DNA of 64,000 bases, taken from positions 96,001 to 160,000 of IMG/VR virus record IMGVR_UViG_2061766007_000342; one strand, written 5' to 3'. The stretch comes from a virus (taxonomy: Duplodnaviria > Caudoviricetes). Below the pieces are notes generated by a model, which did no database searches, was not told the origin of the DNA, and saw only the letters and a list, made by a program, of their open reading frames with translations. Below, piece by piece: positions 39,808 to 49,749 of the stretch (positions are counted from its first letter, which is position 1; each line of letters begins with the position of its first letter). Both the position numbers and the translations under genes were made by a program.

Positions 39808-41913
39808 TTATTCATTGATAATGATACCAAACTCATTGGTGGTACAATCCATTGCTTGTTCCATGGTAACGGGTTTGGATGCATCACACATTTCACCAAT
39901 CTTCTTGGCATGCTTTGCAAAGTTAATCAACGCTTCCTTGACTGGTTTCTTATTCTCGGTTGCTGTCGGATTATGTGCAAACTTCATCCGCAGATTGGTT
40001 AACACTTGATTGTATGCATTGATTGCAGACTTTTCTGCATCGTTTAATGAACCCGACTTGGAAGCATCGACCAAACAATTGTTCAACTTCTTGCTCTCAA
40101 CACCAAACTCTTCAATCAGCTGTTTGATGGACGGCTTGTCATTGTTCAATGTTGCCAAACAACGCTTGGTTGCAACATTGATACGGTTCTTGATGGAATT
40201 ATCCACTGCATATTCGACAGTTGCATCTTCATTGGTATCATTACCCAAACCATCACTCAAGAAGTCCTTCAGCTGTGCAATTGACATTCCCTTGAGCTTG
40301 TCTTCACCCTTCGCGAGTAAATCATCAATGGACATATCATCAATATTGTCCATGGATCCACCATTGAATTCCGAATCACCACTATCATCAGAATTCAATT
40401 CATCGTTGACCGCATTCATGTCCGTGGAAGATTTGTCCAAATCACCAGTCACATCAGGTGTATCGAAATTATCAGTAGAACCCATATCATTGGATGTATC
40501 CGCAGACATATCAGGTTCCAAGTTATTGACATCTTCCGATGAAGCAGCATCTGTTGAACCTGAATCCAGATCCAGCTTTACATCAGGATTGGAGTCAAAT
40601 GTCGGAGCAGCATCCATTCCAAGATCTACTGGATCTTTATTGGCATCATTGGATACCTTTGCTGCAATTGCATCGGATACATTATTCACAGCTGCCGGTT
40701 TTGCATCAGCATCAACCTTGGGTGCATCTGCATCTGCATTTGTATTATCTCCACCAATATCACCGCCGAGATTTGCATCTGCGCCTGCGTTGATATTTGC
40801 ATCCACCCCAGCATCATTTGTATTTGTGGAACCTTCTGCTGGAGGAGTATCGGTATTGTCGCCACCACCGAAGTCAATGGCTTCTTGGTAATATGTCGGT
40901 TCATCATTACCCCACCGAGACGGGATAATGGTTTCATGATACGACTCTTGTACGGTTGGATTTTTACCCTTGAATGATAAGTTCATTGACTTAATCTTAT
41001 TGGCGTCAAACTTTTCTGCAGGACGTTCCATTTTAACATTCTTGAACTCGTCAGTATCAATTTCACCGAGCTTGGACTTACGAACCTTGGACTCGGGAAT
41101 ACCCCATGTGATGTAAATGTCTTCGCCGTCTTCGATATCGAACTGGACAACGACACGATATTCACCATTGTACTTGGGAACAATCAATGCTTTCGGTGTT
41201 GCTGTATCCCATACTGAACCTTTGACCGTGAAACCTTGCTGTTGCATAATGACACGTAATGGTTCATTGATATATTTGAACACCTGAAGATTCTGGGCAA
41301 TGGTAATTGCATGCAATTGATTGATGTTGATCTTATCATTTGATGTGACTTCAAAACCAACGGGAAGCTTTGCAATGTAATCACCTGTACCATACTTACC
41401 GAAGTTCACGGTAACGAAACGCGGTACACGTTCATCATTGATATTTAAAGTATCATTGCCAAACAAACCTTCTTGAATGACATATTCCATATATGCATCA
41501 TAACGATCGGTTGCATGTTTGGTTACACGTTCAACGAAATGATTCTCATCTTCACGTGGTAACTTGGTGATGGAATTGTATGCCTCCTGATAGAAGTCAT
41601 CGAATGTCTTCTGATCTTCGTACACATGTTCCATTGCGGTAATATCACCAGGGATATCCATCAAACGATTGCTTGTGATAGACATCTCCAAAGAATCCAG
41701 TTCAATGTCTTCATCCAATGGAATATCGAGAATCGGTCTTTCGCGATATGCATTCGCTCCCTCCATCGTCAGATCAGACATGTCGTCAAACATCTGCATG
41801 CATTCCATGATGGTATCATCCATCTGATCATCACTTGATGTGATGACTTCATCATGTTCATTCACAACTTGCTGTTGCTTTAATGCAATCTGCTGCTTAA
41901 TGTATTCGAGCAT
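39808..41913 (-). CDS. acidic putative internal head protein
   Basis: 701 aa; D/N/A-rich low-complexity region; FYQEAY, VQESY and YYQEAI motifs. Confidence 0.6.
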   Translation of the reverse strand: MLEYIKQQIALKQQQVVNEHDEVITSSDDQMDDTIMECMQMFDDMSDLTMEGANAYRERPILDIPLDEDIELDSLEMSITSNRLMDIPGDITAMEHVYEDQKTFDDFYQEAYNSITKLPREDENHFVERVTKHATDRYDAYMEYVIQEGLFGNDTLNINDERVPRFVTVNFGKYGTGDYIAKLPVGFEVTSNDKININQLHAITIAQNLQVFKYINEPLRVIMQQQGFTVKGSVWDTATPKALIVPKYNGEYRVVVQFDIEDGEDIYITWGIPESKVRKSKLGEIDTDEFKNVKMERPAEKFDANKIKSMNLSFKGKNPTVQESYHETIIPSRWGNDEPTYYQEAIDFGGGDNTDTPPAEGSTNTNDAGVDANINAGADANLGGDIGGDNTNADADAPKVDADAKPAAVNNVSDAIAAKVSNDANKDPVDLGMDAAPTFDSNPDVKLDLDSGSTDAASSEDVNNLEPDMSADTSNDMGSTDNFDTPDVTGDLDKSSTDMNAVNDELNSDDSGDSEFNGGSMDNIDDMSIDDLLAKGEDKLKGMSIAQLKDFLSDGLGNDTNEDATVEYAVDNSIKNRINVATKRCLATLNNDKPSIKQLIEEFGVESKKLNNCLVDASKSGSLNDAEKSAINAYNQVLTNLRMKFAHNPTATENKKPVKEALINFAKHAKKIGEMCDASKPVTMEQAMDCTTNEFGIIINE

Positions 41914-42003
41914 GTGAAAACGCCTCCTTGTGATTGATAATAAATTTTTTGAATAGTTATATTCTTATGATGAACGATTGGATACCCAATCGTTTCATTG
42001 ACA

Positions 42004-42150
42004 TTATAAAACAAACCCAAATGTTTCCAAGAAGATATCTGCCACCATTTCCGGAGACAGTTCAACAATACCAATGTCTTCCAGTGTCATATCTCCTTGG
42101 AGTTCGACATCATTGATAGTGGGTTTGTTTTCCAGATCATTGTAGTCCAT
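42004..42150 (-). CDS. 48-aa protein consisting of a YNDLENKP.IN.VEL.G fibre-type motif
   Basis: ATG 42150 after a GGGGGTG SD; MDYNDLENKPTINDVELQGDMTLEDIGI... Confidence 0.55.
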   Translation of the reverse strand: MDYNDLENKPTINDVELQGDMTLEDIGIVELSPEMVADIFLETFGFVL

Positions 42151-42201
42151 ATGATCACACCCCCAATGAAACTTTATAAATGAAAGCGAGGTTTTGTATG
42201 A

Positions 42202-44127
42202 ATGCAAATTGTGGAAGAATACATTGAAGAAACCCACAGAATGTACATGCGAATGCATCCCGATGTTGATTCGTCCAAAGTATTGGACATCATACGTCGA
42301 AATGTCATGGAATCATTCTGTGATATTCCATGTGACATGGATAACAACATGACCCACGTACGGTATTCCACTACCATGACCAAAGTATTTGAATGGATGG
42401 ATGATCGTCAACCGATCATATCAGGTAATGCAACATTCTTCAAACAACATTCTGAATACTTGTCACCGACTGTATTATTCTTGGAGACCGAAGGAAACAA
42501 TCGTGGTATTCTTAAGAAGAAGATGTACACATTTAACCCGGATTCCATCGAGTACAAGAACTTGAACATTGGTCAAGGTAATGTGAAAGTCATCATGAAT
42601 GCAGACTATGGTGGTTCTGGCACCACCATGTCACCATTCTATTCTGTATACATTCCACCGTCTACAACTGGTAGTGCCAAAAATATGACAACGACCTTAA
42701 TCTGTTGTCTCGAAATGTTATCCGGTAATACCAACAAATGGGCACAGTTCAATGGTATCAATGAACTGTATGATTTCATTCGGATTGTGTTGACAACCGA
42801 CATATCGAATCGTGAATTGTTTGGTGGTTCTTTTACGACGGAACAAACAACAAATCGTTTGTTATCCATGATGCATCATCCGTCCATGTCGGATCGTCGT
42901 CAATTGACAAAATACATTGACACATTACCACAGTCACAAAAGAATCAATTGATGATGGCATATAATATGAAGCTTGTATTAAAAATGTATCTCCCACATC
43001 ACGTGGAATCGGTCATGAATTACTTAAAACCACATCGTATTGATTTCACACAAAACATGACGGATGATACCGTCTTCCAAGCAGGATTTGGTGTTAAGAT
43101 GCCGCCTGAGATTGAATCAGACATGCGGTACATTGTCAAGATGGTATTGGATAATTGTGTATATCCGTATATTGTCAATGATGGTGAAGCACGTGCTGCA
43201 TCCATGACACGTTTGATGGTATGTGTTACAGATACCGATTCATTGATGGTACATTTTGCACACTTCTTGGATGAGTTCCAAGCACACGTGGATAACTTCC
43301 GTGATTCTTGCTTGATTGCATCGGCATTTGGTATGCGACTCATTGTTGAAGGTGTCATTCCTAAGATGGTGGAAAACATTACGTCGTATTGTGGTATCAA
43401 AGACAAATATTATCGTGACAAGTTCATCTTCAAGAATGAGTACACATTCTTGGCAATGTCATTGTTTGCCAAGAAGATGTATTCTGCATCATGTCTCGTT
43501 CAAGAAGGAAATCTGCGTAATATCCACAAAGTATCCGTAACAGGATTATCCTTCAAGAAACGTGACTCGGCGGAATTCTTGGAACCGATCATGGAACGGT
43601 TACATGACGCATACGTACTGACACCAGAACGAATCAATGTTGGAGCATTGTTGGATGAATATCAAACGTTACGTGAAAAGCTACTTCCGTTGGTAACCAA
43701 AGTGACTGCATATCACAAAGTACAAACGGTCAAGAAAGCAGAAGCGTATGAGAAGTCCAAGACATTACCCGCACAGATTCGTGGATCCATTATTTGGAAT
43801 AACATGTTCCCGGACGAAAAGATACTACCGATGGATCGTGTATTTGTTATTCCATTATCATTTAAATACATGGAGCAACATCCCAATCCAAAGATTACAC
43901 AACTCATTCAATTGTTATCCATTGAAGATCCGGATCATAAGAAGGATCCGTATATTAGTTTACCAGATAAATATGATGAAATCCCAGAATGGTTATCCAA
44001 TGCAATTGATCCTGAGTTCTGTGTGGATAAGTTATTGACACCTTTCAAACAGTTGTTGGGATTGTTCGATGTGGTATTGGTTGATACACGTGGTGGATGC
44101 ACAGCAGCACGGATGATATACATTTAA
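42202..44127 (+). CDS. family-B DNA polymerase, polymerase half of a split phiKZ/AR9-type enzyme
   Basis: Motif B KVIMNADYG, motif C VTDTDS, KKMY and GLSFKKRD; no exonuclease motifs or motif A seen in this ORF. Confidence 0.88.
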   Translation: MQIVEEYIEETHRMYMRMHPDVDSSKVLDIIRRNVMESFCDIPCDMDNNMTHVRYSTTMTKVFEWMDDRQPIISGNATFFKQHSEYLSPTVLFLETEGNNRGILKKKMYTFNPDSIEYKNLNIGQGNVKVIMNADYGGSGTTMSPFYSVYIPPSTTGSAKNMTTTLICCLEMLSGNTNKWAQFNGINELYDFIRIVLTTDISNRELFGGSFTTEQTTNRLLSMMHHPSMSDRRQLTKYIDTLPQSQKNQLMMAYNMKLVLKMYLPHHVESVMNYLKPHRIDFTQNMTDDTVFQAGFGVKMPPEIESDMRYIVKMVLDNCVYPYIVNDGEARAASMTRLMVCVTDTDSLMVHFAHFLDEFQAHVDNFRDSCLIASAFGMRLIVEGVIPKMVENITSYCGIKDKYYRDKFIFKNEYTFLAMSLFAKKMYSASCLVQEGNLRNIHKVSVTGLSFKKRDSAEFLEPIMERLHDAYVLTPERINVGALLDEYQTLREKLLPLVTKVTAYHKVQTVKKAEAYEKSKTLPAQIRGSIIWNNMFPDEKILPMDRVFVIPLSFKYMEQHPNPKITQLIQLLSIEDPDHKKDPYISLPDKYDEIPEWLSNAIDPEFCVDKLLTPFKQLLGLFDVVLVDTRGGCTAARMIYI

Positions 44128-44143
44128 TATTTTATTCAGGAGA

Positions 44144-44683
44144 GTGATTGTTATGTGGCAAGAGTTTTATGATTGGATTGAAAAGTATAATGGATGCACA
44201 TATGATTTGACAGACGACCTCCGTCAAATCTCCGGTGATGAAATCTTTATCAATCCGATGGGATGGAAGATCAATGTACAATCCATATTGGAATCATTAG
44301 ATGAAATGGTAGATATCATTGATGCTCACAAGAACGAAGTAACGGATGTATTTCCTTCGTATATTGCATTACGCAATTTCGTCATTGGTGAAACCATGAC
44401 ATCATTGATTGAAGTCATTAATTCCATCAAACAGAAATTACACATTGAACCAACCAATATCAACAATGTGGATACGTTTTCCGATCATATGTTGAACTTG
44501 TATGAATTGGTAAATGCTGTATCTGTATACTCATTGGAACAGTTATCCAAGATGGATTGGTTCGATGAATTCGAAGAAGATCATGATAACTTCTTCGAGA
44601 AAGAGTTTGGTCTGGCGAAACAAGACCTGACCAATATTCATTTTGTCGTAAACGATATTATTCAACTTTACGAAGACGAATAA
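44144..44683 (+). CDS. hypothetical acidic protein
   Basis: ORF directly after the polymerase gene, AGGAG SD. Confidence 0.6.
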   Translation: MIVMWQEFYDWIEKYNGCTYDLTDDLRQISGDEIFINPMGWKINVQSILESLDEMVDIIDAHKNEVTDVFPSYIALRNFVIGETMTSLIEVINSIKQKLHIEPTNINNVDTFSDHMLNLYELVNAVSVYSLEQLSKMDWFDEFEEDHDNFFEKEFGLAKQDLTNIHFVVNDIIQLYEDE

Positions 44684-44738
44684 TATTGTTTCGAAGGTAT
44701 ACCTTTATATACTATATTTTACTCTTTAAGGAGGTTGA

Positions 44739-45329
44739 GTGTTTATGGCATTCATGAACAACAATGGTTTCAACAACCAGAACAATCAGCAGCAGGGTGA
44801 CAAGCCCAAGACAAACTTCAACATCGGTAAGCTACATGGTGAAGACGGTATTATGAACGTAACCATGTGGGTGTCCGATAAGAAGAGCATCTTCACGATC
44901 TTCTCCATCAAGCAGGCAATTGGTAAGGATCCAACTACTGGTACAAACGTGTATGAGCAGAAACAGCCCAAGGAGCTTCCGAGAATCTTCATGAATCCGA
45001 CGAAGCTGGAGACTCTGCTTGCAGTCATGAATGAAGTAACTGATCCGGGTACAGTAAACTTTGTACTCGAAGGCAAGTCCAATCTGACAATTCAGGGTGG
45101 TGGTAACACTGTTAAGTTTACCATCTCTGATAAGCAGCTTGGTGAGCGTACCATCACATTCAAGAGCACGCAGTTTGGTACCAAGAACCTGTTCCCTGAG
45201 TGGAACATGCTGAAGAAGTACCTCGAGGTATGCGATAAGAAGGTTATCTACAACAATTTGGATCCCGATGAGTTTGGTATGGTAATGGGTTCCAACGATG
45301 ATGCTACGGATGACAATCCGTTGGTATAA
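44739..45329 (+). CDS. highly expressed protein, possibly ssDNA-binding
   Basis: AAGGAGG SD, strong codon bias, beta-rich core, acidic tail DDATDDNPLV, located in the replication block. Confidence 0.4.
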   Translation: MFMAFMNNNGFNNQNNQQQGDKPKTNFNIGKLHGEDGIMNVTMWVSDKKSIFTIFSIKQAIGKDPTTGTNVYEQKQPKELPRIFMNPTKLETLLAVMNEVTDPGTVNFVLEGKSNLTIQGGGNTVKFTISDKQLGERTITFKSTQFGTKNLFPEWNMLKKYLEVCDKKVIYNNLDPDEFGMVMGSNDDATDDNPLV

Positions 45330-45964
45330 TGATTGATCTGTCATTTCTCGGGAAAGATGGATTGATGATTCAATATGAAGATGTCATCAGTGTCATGGGA
45401 TTCAATATAATCCGATACATGATTAACAATGACAAATGTACACCAGATATGAAGAGGATGTCCCTAGAGGACATCCTCTTGAAATATCTGAATCGCGATT
45501 CATATGACATCGATTCATGGATTAAAAAAGAATTTGGTTTGGATTTCCATCATTTGGATGCTCGCAACAGTCTCCACATGGTAATCCCCAACTTTGTATA
45601 CGCATACAAAGTATTTCAAGAAGCCAAAAAGCAGAATATTCCAAATTTATATGTTTATTCTAATGAATACTATCCGGGTATTGAGAAGCTGTTACCGTCA
45701 TTTGAAGTAAAAGAATTACAATATGTGCATGGGGATTTACTCCCCATACTCAAAGACAAACCAAACATAACTTATATCACTTCTAATCCCGATAATATTC
45801 GTCAATGTTTAAATATTATGACACCATTTGTGTTGACAATTGTAGATGACTTTATTTATATAAGCGACATCGTGAAAGACAAGATTGATCAACGTTTACG
45901 CGATCAGGGTAAGTTTGTCTATTACACTGGAATCTTGAACGGTGGATTGACAAATGTAAAATGA
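45329..45964 (+). CDS. hypothetical protein (possible degenerate HAD-like fold)
   Basis: 211 aa, coupled to the upstream stop (TAATG). Confidence 0.5.
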   Translation: MIDLSFLGKDGLMIQYEDVISVMGFNIIRYMINNDKCTPDMKRMSLEDILLKYLNRDSYDIDSWIKKEFGLDFHHLDARNSLHMVIPNFVYAYKVFQEAKKQNIPNLYVYSNEYYPGIEKLLPSFEVKELQYVHGDLLPILKDKPNITYITSNPDNIRQCLNIMTPFVLTIVDDFIYISDIVKDKIDQRLRDQGKFVYYTGILNGGLTNVK

Positions 45965-45998
45965 CATCATTGTTACTTTAAACACGTTAGGAGGAGAA

Positions 45999-47648
45999 TT
46001 GAAAATGGGTAAGAAGAAACCAGACGTGATTAACAAGTCTTTGATTTACGGGTATGATGAAGAAGCCGAATACACATACAATGTGAATCATGGAACCGTA
46101 TATCCGTACAATGGATTTCCAACCGGTGCAGATGGACGTAAGTACAAGAAGACACGCTTCATTCGATGGGAACCAATCCCGGAAGATATTATCGTCCGTC
46201 ACACTGGATCACAGATCCGTGTTAACTGGGAGGCCGTGTTGCCGGGTCAAGTCATTGATGACAACATCACCGTCTTTCAGTTGAGAAGTAAACGATTGGA
46301 GATCCAAAATCTGATTTGTGAACAGATTAATTTCTTCACAGCATTGTATGATGACGACAATGATCTGTTAACAAGTATGCTGATTGCCAAGTATAAAACA
46401 GATTCGCAGTTGTACACCATTGCACGATTTGATGAATTCTACAAAGACATTTATGACACGTTGTTCCCACCCCAGACCATGGATAAAATCATCAAGATGG
46501 TTGATGAGAATAATGTTGGTGATAATGTCATTGGATTGTTCCCGGAAGAAATGTTGAATGACATGTATCGGGTTTCTTTCATGATCAAGATCATGCATAT
46601 TTATGTTGAACACTTTATCATCTCAACGGGTAATTCACCGAAAGACTTGATTGAGATGTTTGCAAAAGCATTTAAATATGTCATGGACAAAGTAAACGAG
46701 AACATGTACATTCGTTTGTATAACTACGTGAACAAGAATGTTCTTCAGTGTATCTCATCGAATTCTAATATCTTCGAGATGCGGGCTGTAGAAGGTGTTA
46801 CAGCACCCGGTACAACACAATCCATCATGCACAAGACATTACTTTGTGAAGGATTGATCAAGCTGACATTCGCTTCTGAATGGGACTCATTGAACAAACG
46901 CCCAACGTTCTCATGTGTTGGTTTGATTAAATCGGTTGTATCACGTGCAACCCAGTTAACCAGAAAAGTCCAGTTGAGATATTCACTCGTTAATGTTGAT
47001 GATGATATTTCCCAGTTGTTATCTGATTCAATCTCATCAAATGCACCAATCTCCGTGATTCGTTCTTTCAATCCCGGAGAATATCAAGCAATGTATGCAG
47101 ACCTCAATATCATTCTTGGTCGTGTGATTCTGGCGACAGACGTATCACCCGTCGAATTTTATTTACAGAATCTGATTCAGATGAACGACTTGTCGAAGAT
47201 ACTGGTGTCGACTGTGTTGTACAATGAGTTCCATTCTTCATTAACAACTGATACATTATCCATGAAACAGAAGTGTATGTTGTTGCTGTATGTTCGTAAA
47301 CGTGTTATGGACATTTATGGATTGTCCGAAAGTGACACTGTCTCTAATCCATTGATCAATCTGTTGATGGGACGAATGGCTTCAACATCGACACGTACAT
47401 TGACTGCAAAGGATATGAATAACATCAAGAAGTATGTGCGTTTGAACAACTTGCGTGAATACTTATTATCAGAGAAGAATGTCAATGTATATGTCGAGAA
47501 AATCATTCAAGCGGTCATGACACAATATACAATTGTCAATCATAATGATCCGTCGTTGTTGGGTGTTGAGTTGGTATATGATGCCAATGAAATGACATTC
47601 AGCATTCTGGATATGATTGTGTCATTGTTTGAAACCATGCATCGTTAA
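45999..47648 (+). CDS. non-virion RNAP promoter-specificity (sigma-like) subunit, AR9 gp226/phiKZ gp68-like
   Basis: Predominantly helical 549 aa; NDLLTSMLIAKY, EFYKDI and IIKMVDEN resemble AR9 gp226 as recalled (not aligned computationally); directly upstream of the beta' N-half. Confidence 0.65.
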   Translation: MKMGKKKPDVINKSLIYGYDEEAEYTYNVNHGTVYPYNGFPTGADGRKYKKTRFIRWEPIPEDIIVRHTGSQIRVNWEAVLPGQVIDDNITVFQLRSKRLEIQNLICEQINFFTALYDDDNDLLTSMLIAKYKTDSQLYTIARFDEFYKDIYDTLFPPQTMDKIIKMVDENNVGDNVIGLFPEEMLNDMYRVSFMIKIMHIYVEHFIISTGNSPKDLIEMFAKAFKYVMDKVNENMYIRLYNYVNKNVLQCISSNSNIFEMRAVEGVTAPGTTQSIMHKTLLCEGLIKLTFASEWDSLNKRPTFSCVGLIKSVVSRATQLTRKVQLRYSLVNVDDDISQLLSDSISSNAPISVIRSFNPGEYQAMYADLNIILGRVILATDVSPVEFYLQNLIQMNDLSKILVSTVLYNEFHSSLTTDTLSMKQKCMLLLYVRKRVMDIYGLSESDTVSNPLINLLMGRMASTSTRTLTAKDMNNIKKYVRLNNLREYLLSEKNVNVYVEKIIQAVMTQYTIVNHNDPSLLGVELVYDANEMTFSILDMIVSLFETMHR

Positions 47649-47671
47649 CATACTGAGAAAGAGGTTGTAAA

Positions 47672-49060
47672 ATGATTATTAAGAGATTGAACATGGAGCA
47701 TGAATACTTCTCGGATATGATTATGAAGAATGGATTTCATATTGAGAATGATGATCCATATGCTCCTATTGATCCACAAGCATTAACGAATTCTTCCAAG
47801 TTCACGGATTGTGAATTCCGTTGTGATTGTGGTGCATTTATCGGTCAAGACATTATCGGACAAAAGTGTCCGATATGTCATTCCGAAATTATGCTGCATT
47901 CATTAAACTTCAATTACACTGGCTGGGTATATCTGGGTAATCATAAAGTCATTACACCTTCTTATTACTTCCTGATCAAACGATGCATTGGTAATAACAT
48001 GCTGAAGTTTATTCTGGGAGACTATAAAGAAGATCGTGATCGTAAATACTCTGAGAATGATACCGAGTTTGATGAACGTCAAAAGCAGAAGAAGCGTGGA
48101 CGTGTTGCTGCAAATGATATCAATGCGATTATCAAGAAGATTCCTAAGAACAAGCATAAGTACAAGGGAATCGGATTCGATGAATTTGCAAAACACTTTG
48201 AAGAAATCATGATTGATTGTTGTCCAAAGCCGAAACAATCTGATCTGGAAATATTGTTGAAAAATAAAGATGATGTGTTCACTTCACACATTCCGATTTA
48301 CTCAACTGCATTTCGTCCTGTTAATACCACATCTGAGTCACAGTTCTATCCAACAATCAATCGTTGGTTGACCAAGATTGTTGCATTGCAGTTTCAACTT
48401 CGTCATATGGAATTCGAAGATGAAATCAAAGCTGCATTGAACTGTATTCAGAATAACTGGTTGGAAGCTTGTACCCATCTGATTGATAATGAGATGGGTA
48501 AAAAGACAGGTTTCATTCGTTCAGAGATTGTTGGTGGTCCGTTCCAGTTCTCTGCACGTGCTGTTATCACACTGGATCCGTTATTGAATATCAATGAAAT
48601 TGCAGTTCCCTATAACATGTTACTGGGAGCATACAAATATAAAGTGGCTCACATGCTGTCAACACGGTGTCAAATGACACTGGAAGAGAGTTGTCGATTC
48701 ATTGATGAGAATGAACGCGATCCAATGGTTGTGAAGATGCTGGATGAAATCGTTGACAAAGGTGTTTGGTGTGTCATGTTACGTGAACCAACAAACAACT
48801 TAGCTTCAATTGAACTGGTAAAAGTAAAGTATTACAAGTTCGAAGAAGCGGATGATACTGTATCACTGACCATTGAACCATTGGCTGGATTGAATGCTGA
48901 CTTTGATGGTGACCAGTTGGATTATTACTTCTTGGATGAATTCGGATTTGAATGCTTTAAACCATTCATGTATTCGTGTATGATGAACTATGTAACGGGT
49001 GACGTTCAACTGTCACTGCGTGAATGGTTCGCAATCTGTGCCGGTAGAATGACCGAATAA
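47672..49060 (+). CDS. RNA polymerase beta' N-terminal half (probably non-virion RNAP)
   Basis: Zinc-binding CDCG...CPIC, GKKTGFIR, FSARAVI, LREPT and catalytic NADFDGD. Confidence 0.93.
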   Translation: MIIKRLNMEHEYFSDMIMKNGFHIENDDPYAPIDPQALTNSSKFTDCEFRCDCGAFIGQDIIGQKCPICHSEIMLHSLNFNYTGWVYLGNHKVITPSYYFLIKRCIGNNMLKFILGDYKEDRDRKYSENDTEFDERQKQKKRGRVAANDINAIIKKIPKNKHKYKGIGFDEFAKHFEEIMIDCCPKPKQSDLEILLKNKDDVFTSHIPIYSTAFRPVNTTSESQFYPTINRWLTKIVALQFQLRHMEFEDEIKAALNCIQNNWLEACTHLIDNEMGKKTGFIRSEIVGGPFQFSARAVITLDPLLNINEIAVPYNMLLGAYKYKVAHMLSTRCQMTLEESCRFIDENERDPMVVKMLDEIVDKGVWCVMLREPTNNLASIELVKVKYYKFEEADDTVSLTIEPLAGLNADFDGDQLDYYFLDEFGFECFKPFMYSCMMNYVTGDVQLSLREWFAICAGRMTE

Positions 49061-49067
49061 AACAAAA

Positions 49068-49102
49068 AAAAAAGAACCCCGCGTGATGCGGGGTTCTTTT
49101 TT
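49068..49102. terminator. bidirectional intrinsic terminator
   Basis: A-run gaaccccgc-gtgat-gcggggttc T-run between convergent genes. Confidence 0.88.
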
Positions 49103-49134
49103 ATCACCTTCTTTCTTTTTATTCGGACTGATGA

Positions 49135-49551
49135 TCAATGCGATGCCGTTTCCATCGCAATATCATCATCATCCTCATACACAATGTGCTCATTGGTGAG
49201 CACTGTGATGAGTTCATACATAACGTCCTCCATATAACCATCATCGACATAGTGACGGTTAAACGATCTAAAGAACGCTTCCTTCCCTGTCATAAGGAAG
49301 GCCATGCTTTTCTGGATTGATTCCAGTGTAAGCTTCTTACCATCATGGCCGAAATGGATCACACCATCAGTAGAGTTGTAGTCGATGGAAATCTCCACGG
49401 TTCCATGGACATAACATCCACCCTCATTGACGGTATGAAGTGATGCCTTCAGATACTCGTCGATTGCGCTGATGAGCGCATCGATTCCTCGTACCTTGAA
49501 AATGAGGTCATTGGTAAGCTTGCTGCTAGCCATGTTAATAGAAGTATTCAT
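49135..49551 (-). CDS. hypothetical (possibly early) protein
   Basis: ATG 49551 after a GAAAGGA SD; early-type motif at 49624-49638. Confidence 0.6.
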   Translation of the reverse strand: MNTSINMASSKLTNDLIFKVRGIDALISAIDEYLKASLHTVNEGGCYVHGTVEISIDYNSTDGVIHFGHDGKKLTLESIQKSMAFLMTGKEAFFRSFNRHYVDDGYMEDVMYELITVLTNEHIVYEDDDDIAMETASH

Positions 49552-49749
49552 AATAAACTTTCCTTTCTGGGAGCATAGAAAACTCCCTGACGAATTGGAA
49601 GTAACCCTTTGTTCCTTCCTATACACTTTAATTATATATTTTTAAATATTTCAAAATAATAGAAACCATTACCAAACGAGATTTTAACTTTGTTGGCATA
49701 CATATTTAATATGTGTCGACTTTGAAATTTATCACATAAGGAGTATATC

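Noticed and set aside
40010-40891. 293-aa Ser-rich plus-strand ORF
   Set aside because: Shadow of the low-complexity Asp-rich region of 39808-41913; no SD.
41973-41994. Late-promoter motif AACG-ATTGGG-TATC on the minus strand
   Set aside because: It is one arm of an inverted repeat (aacgattgg-atac-ccaatcgtt), so it is ambiguous and was not counted.
45999-47648. Chimallin (phage nucleus shell), suggested by its position upstream of beta'-N
   Set aside because: The sequence looks all-helical and resembles the AR9 gp226-type specificity subunit instead; needs HMM confirmation.
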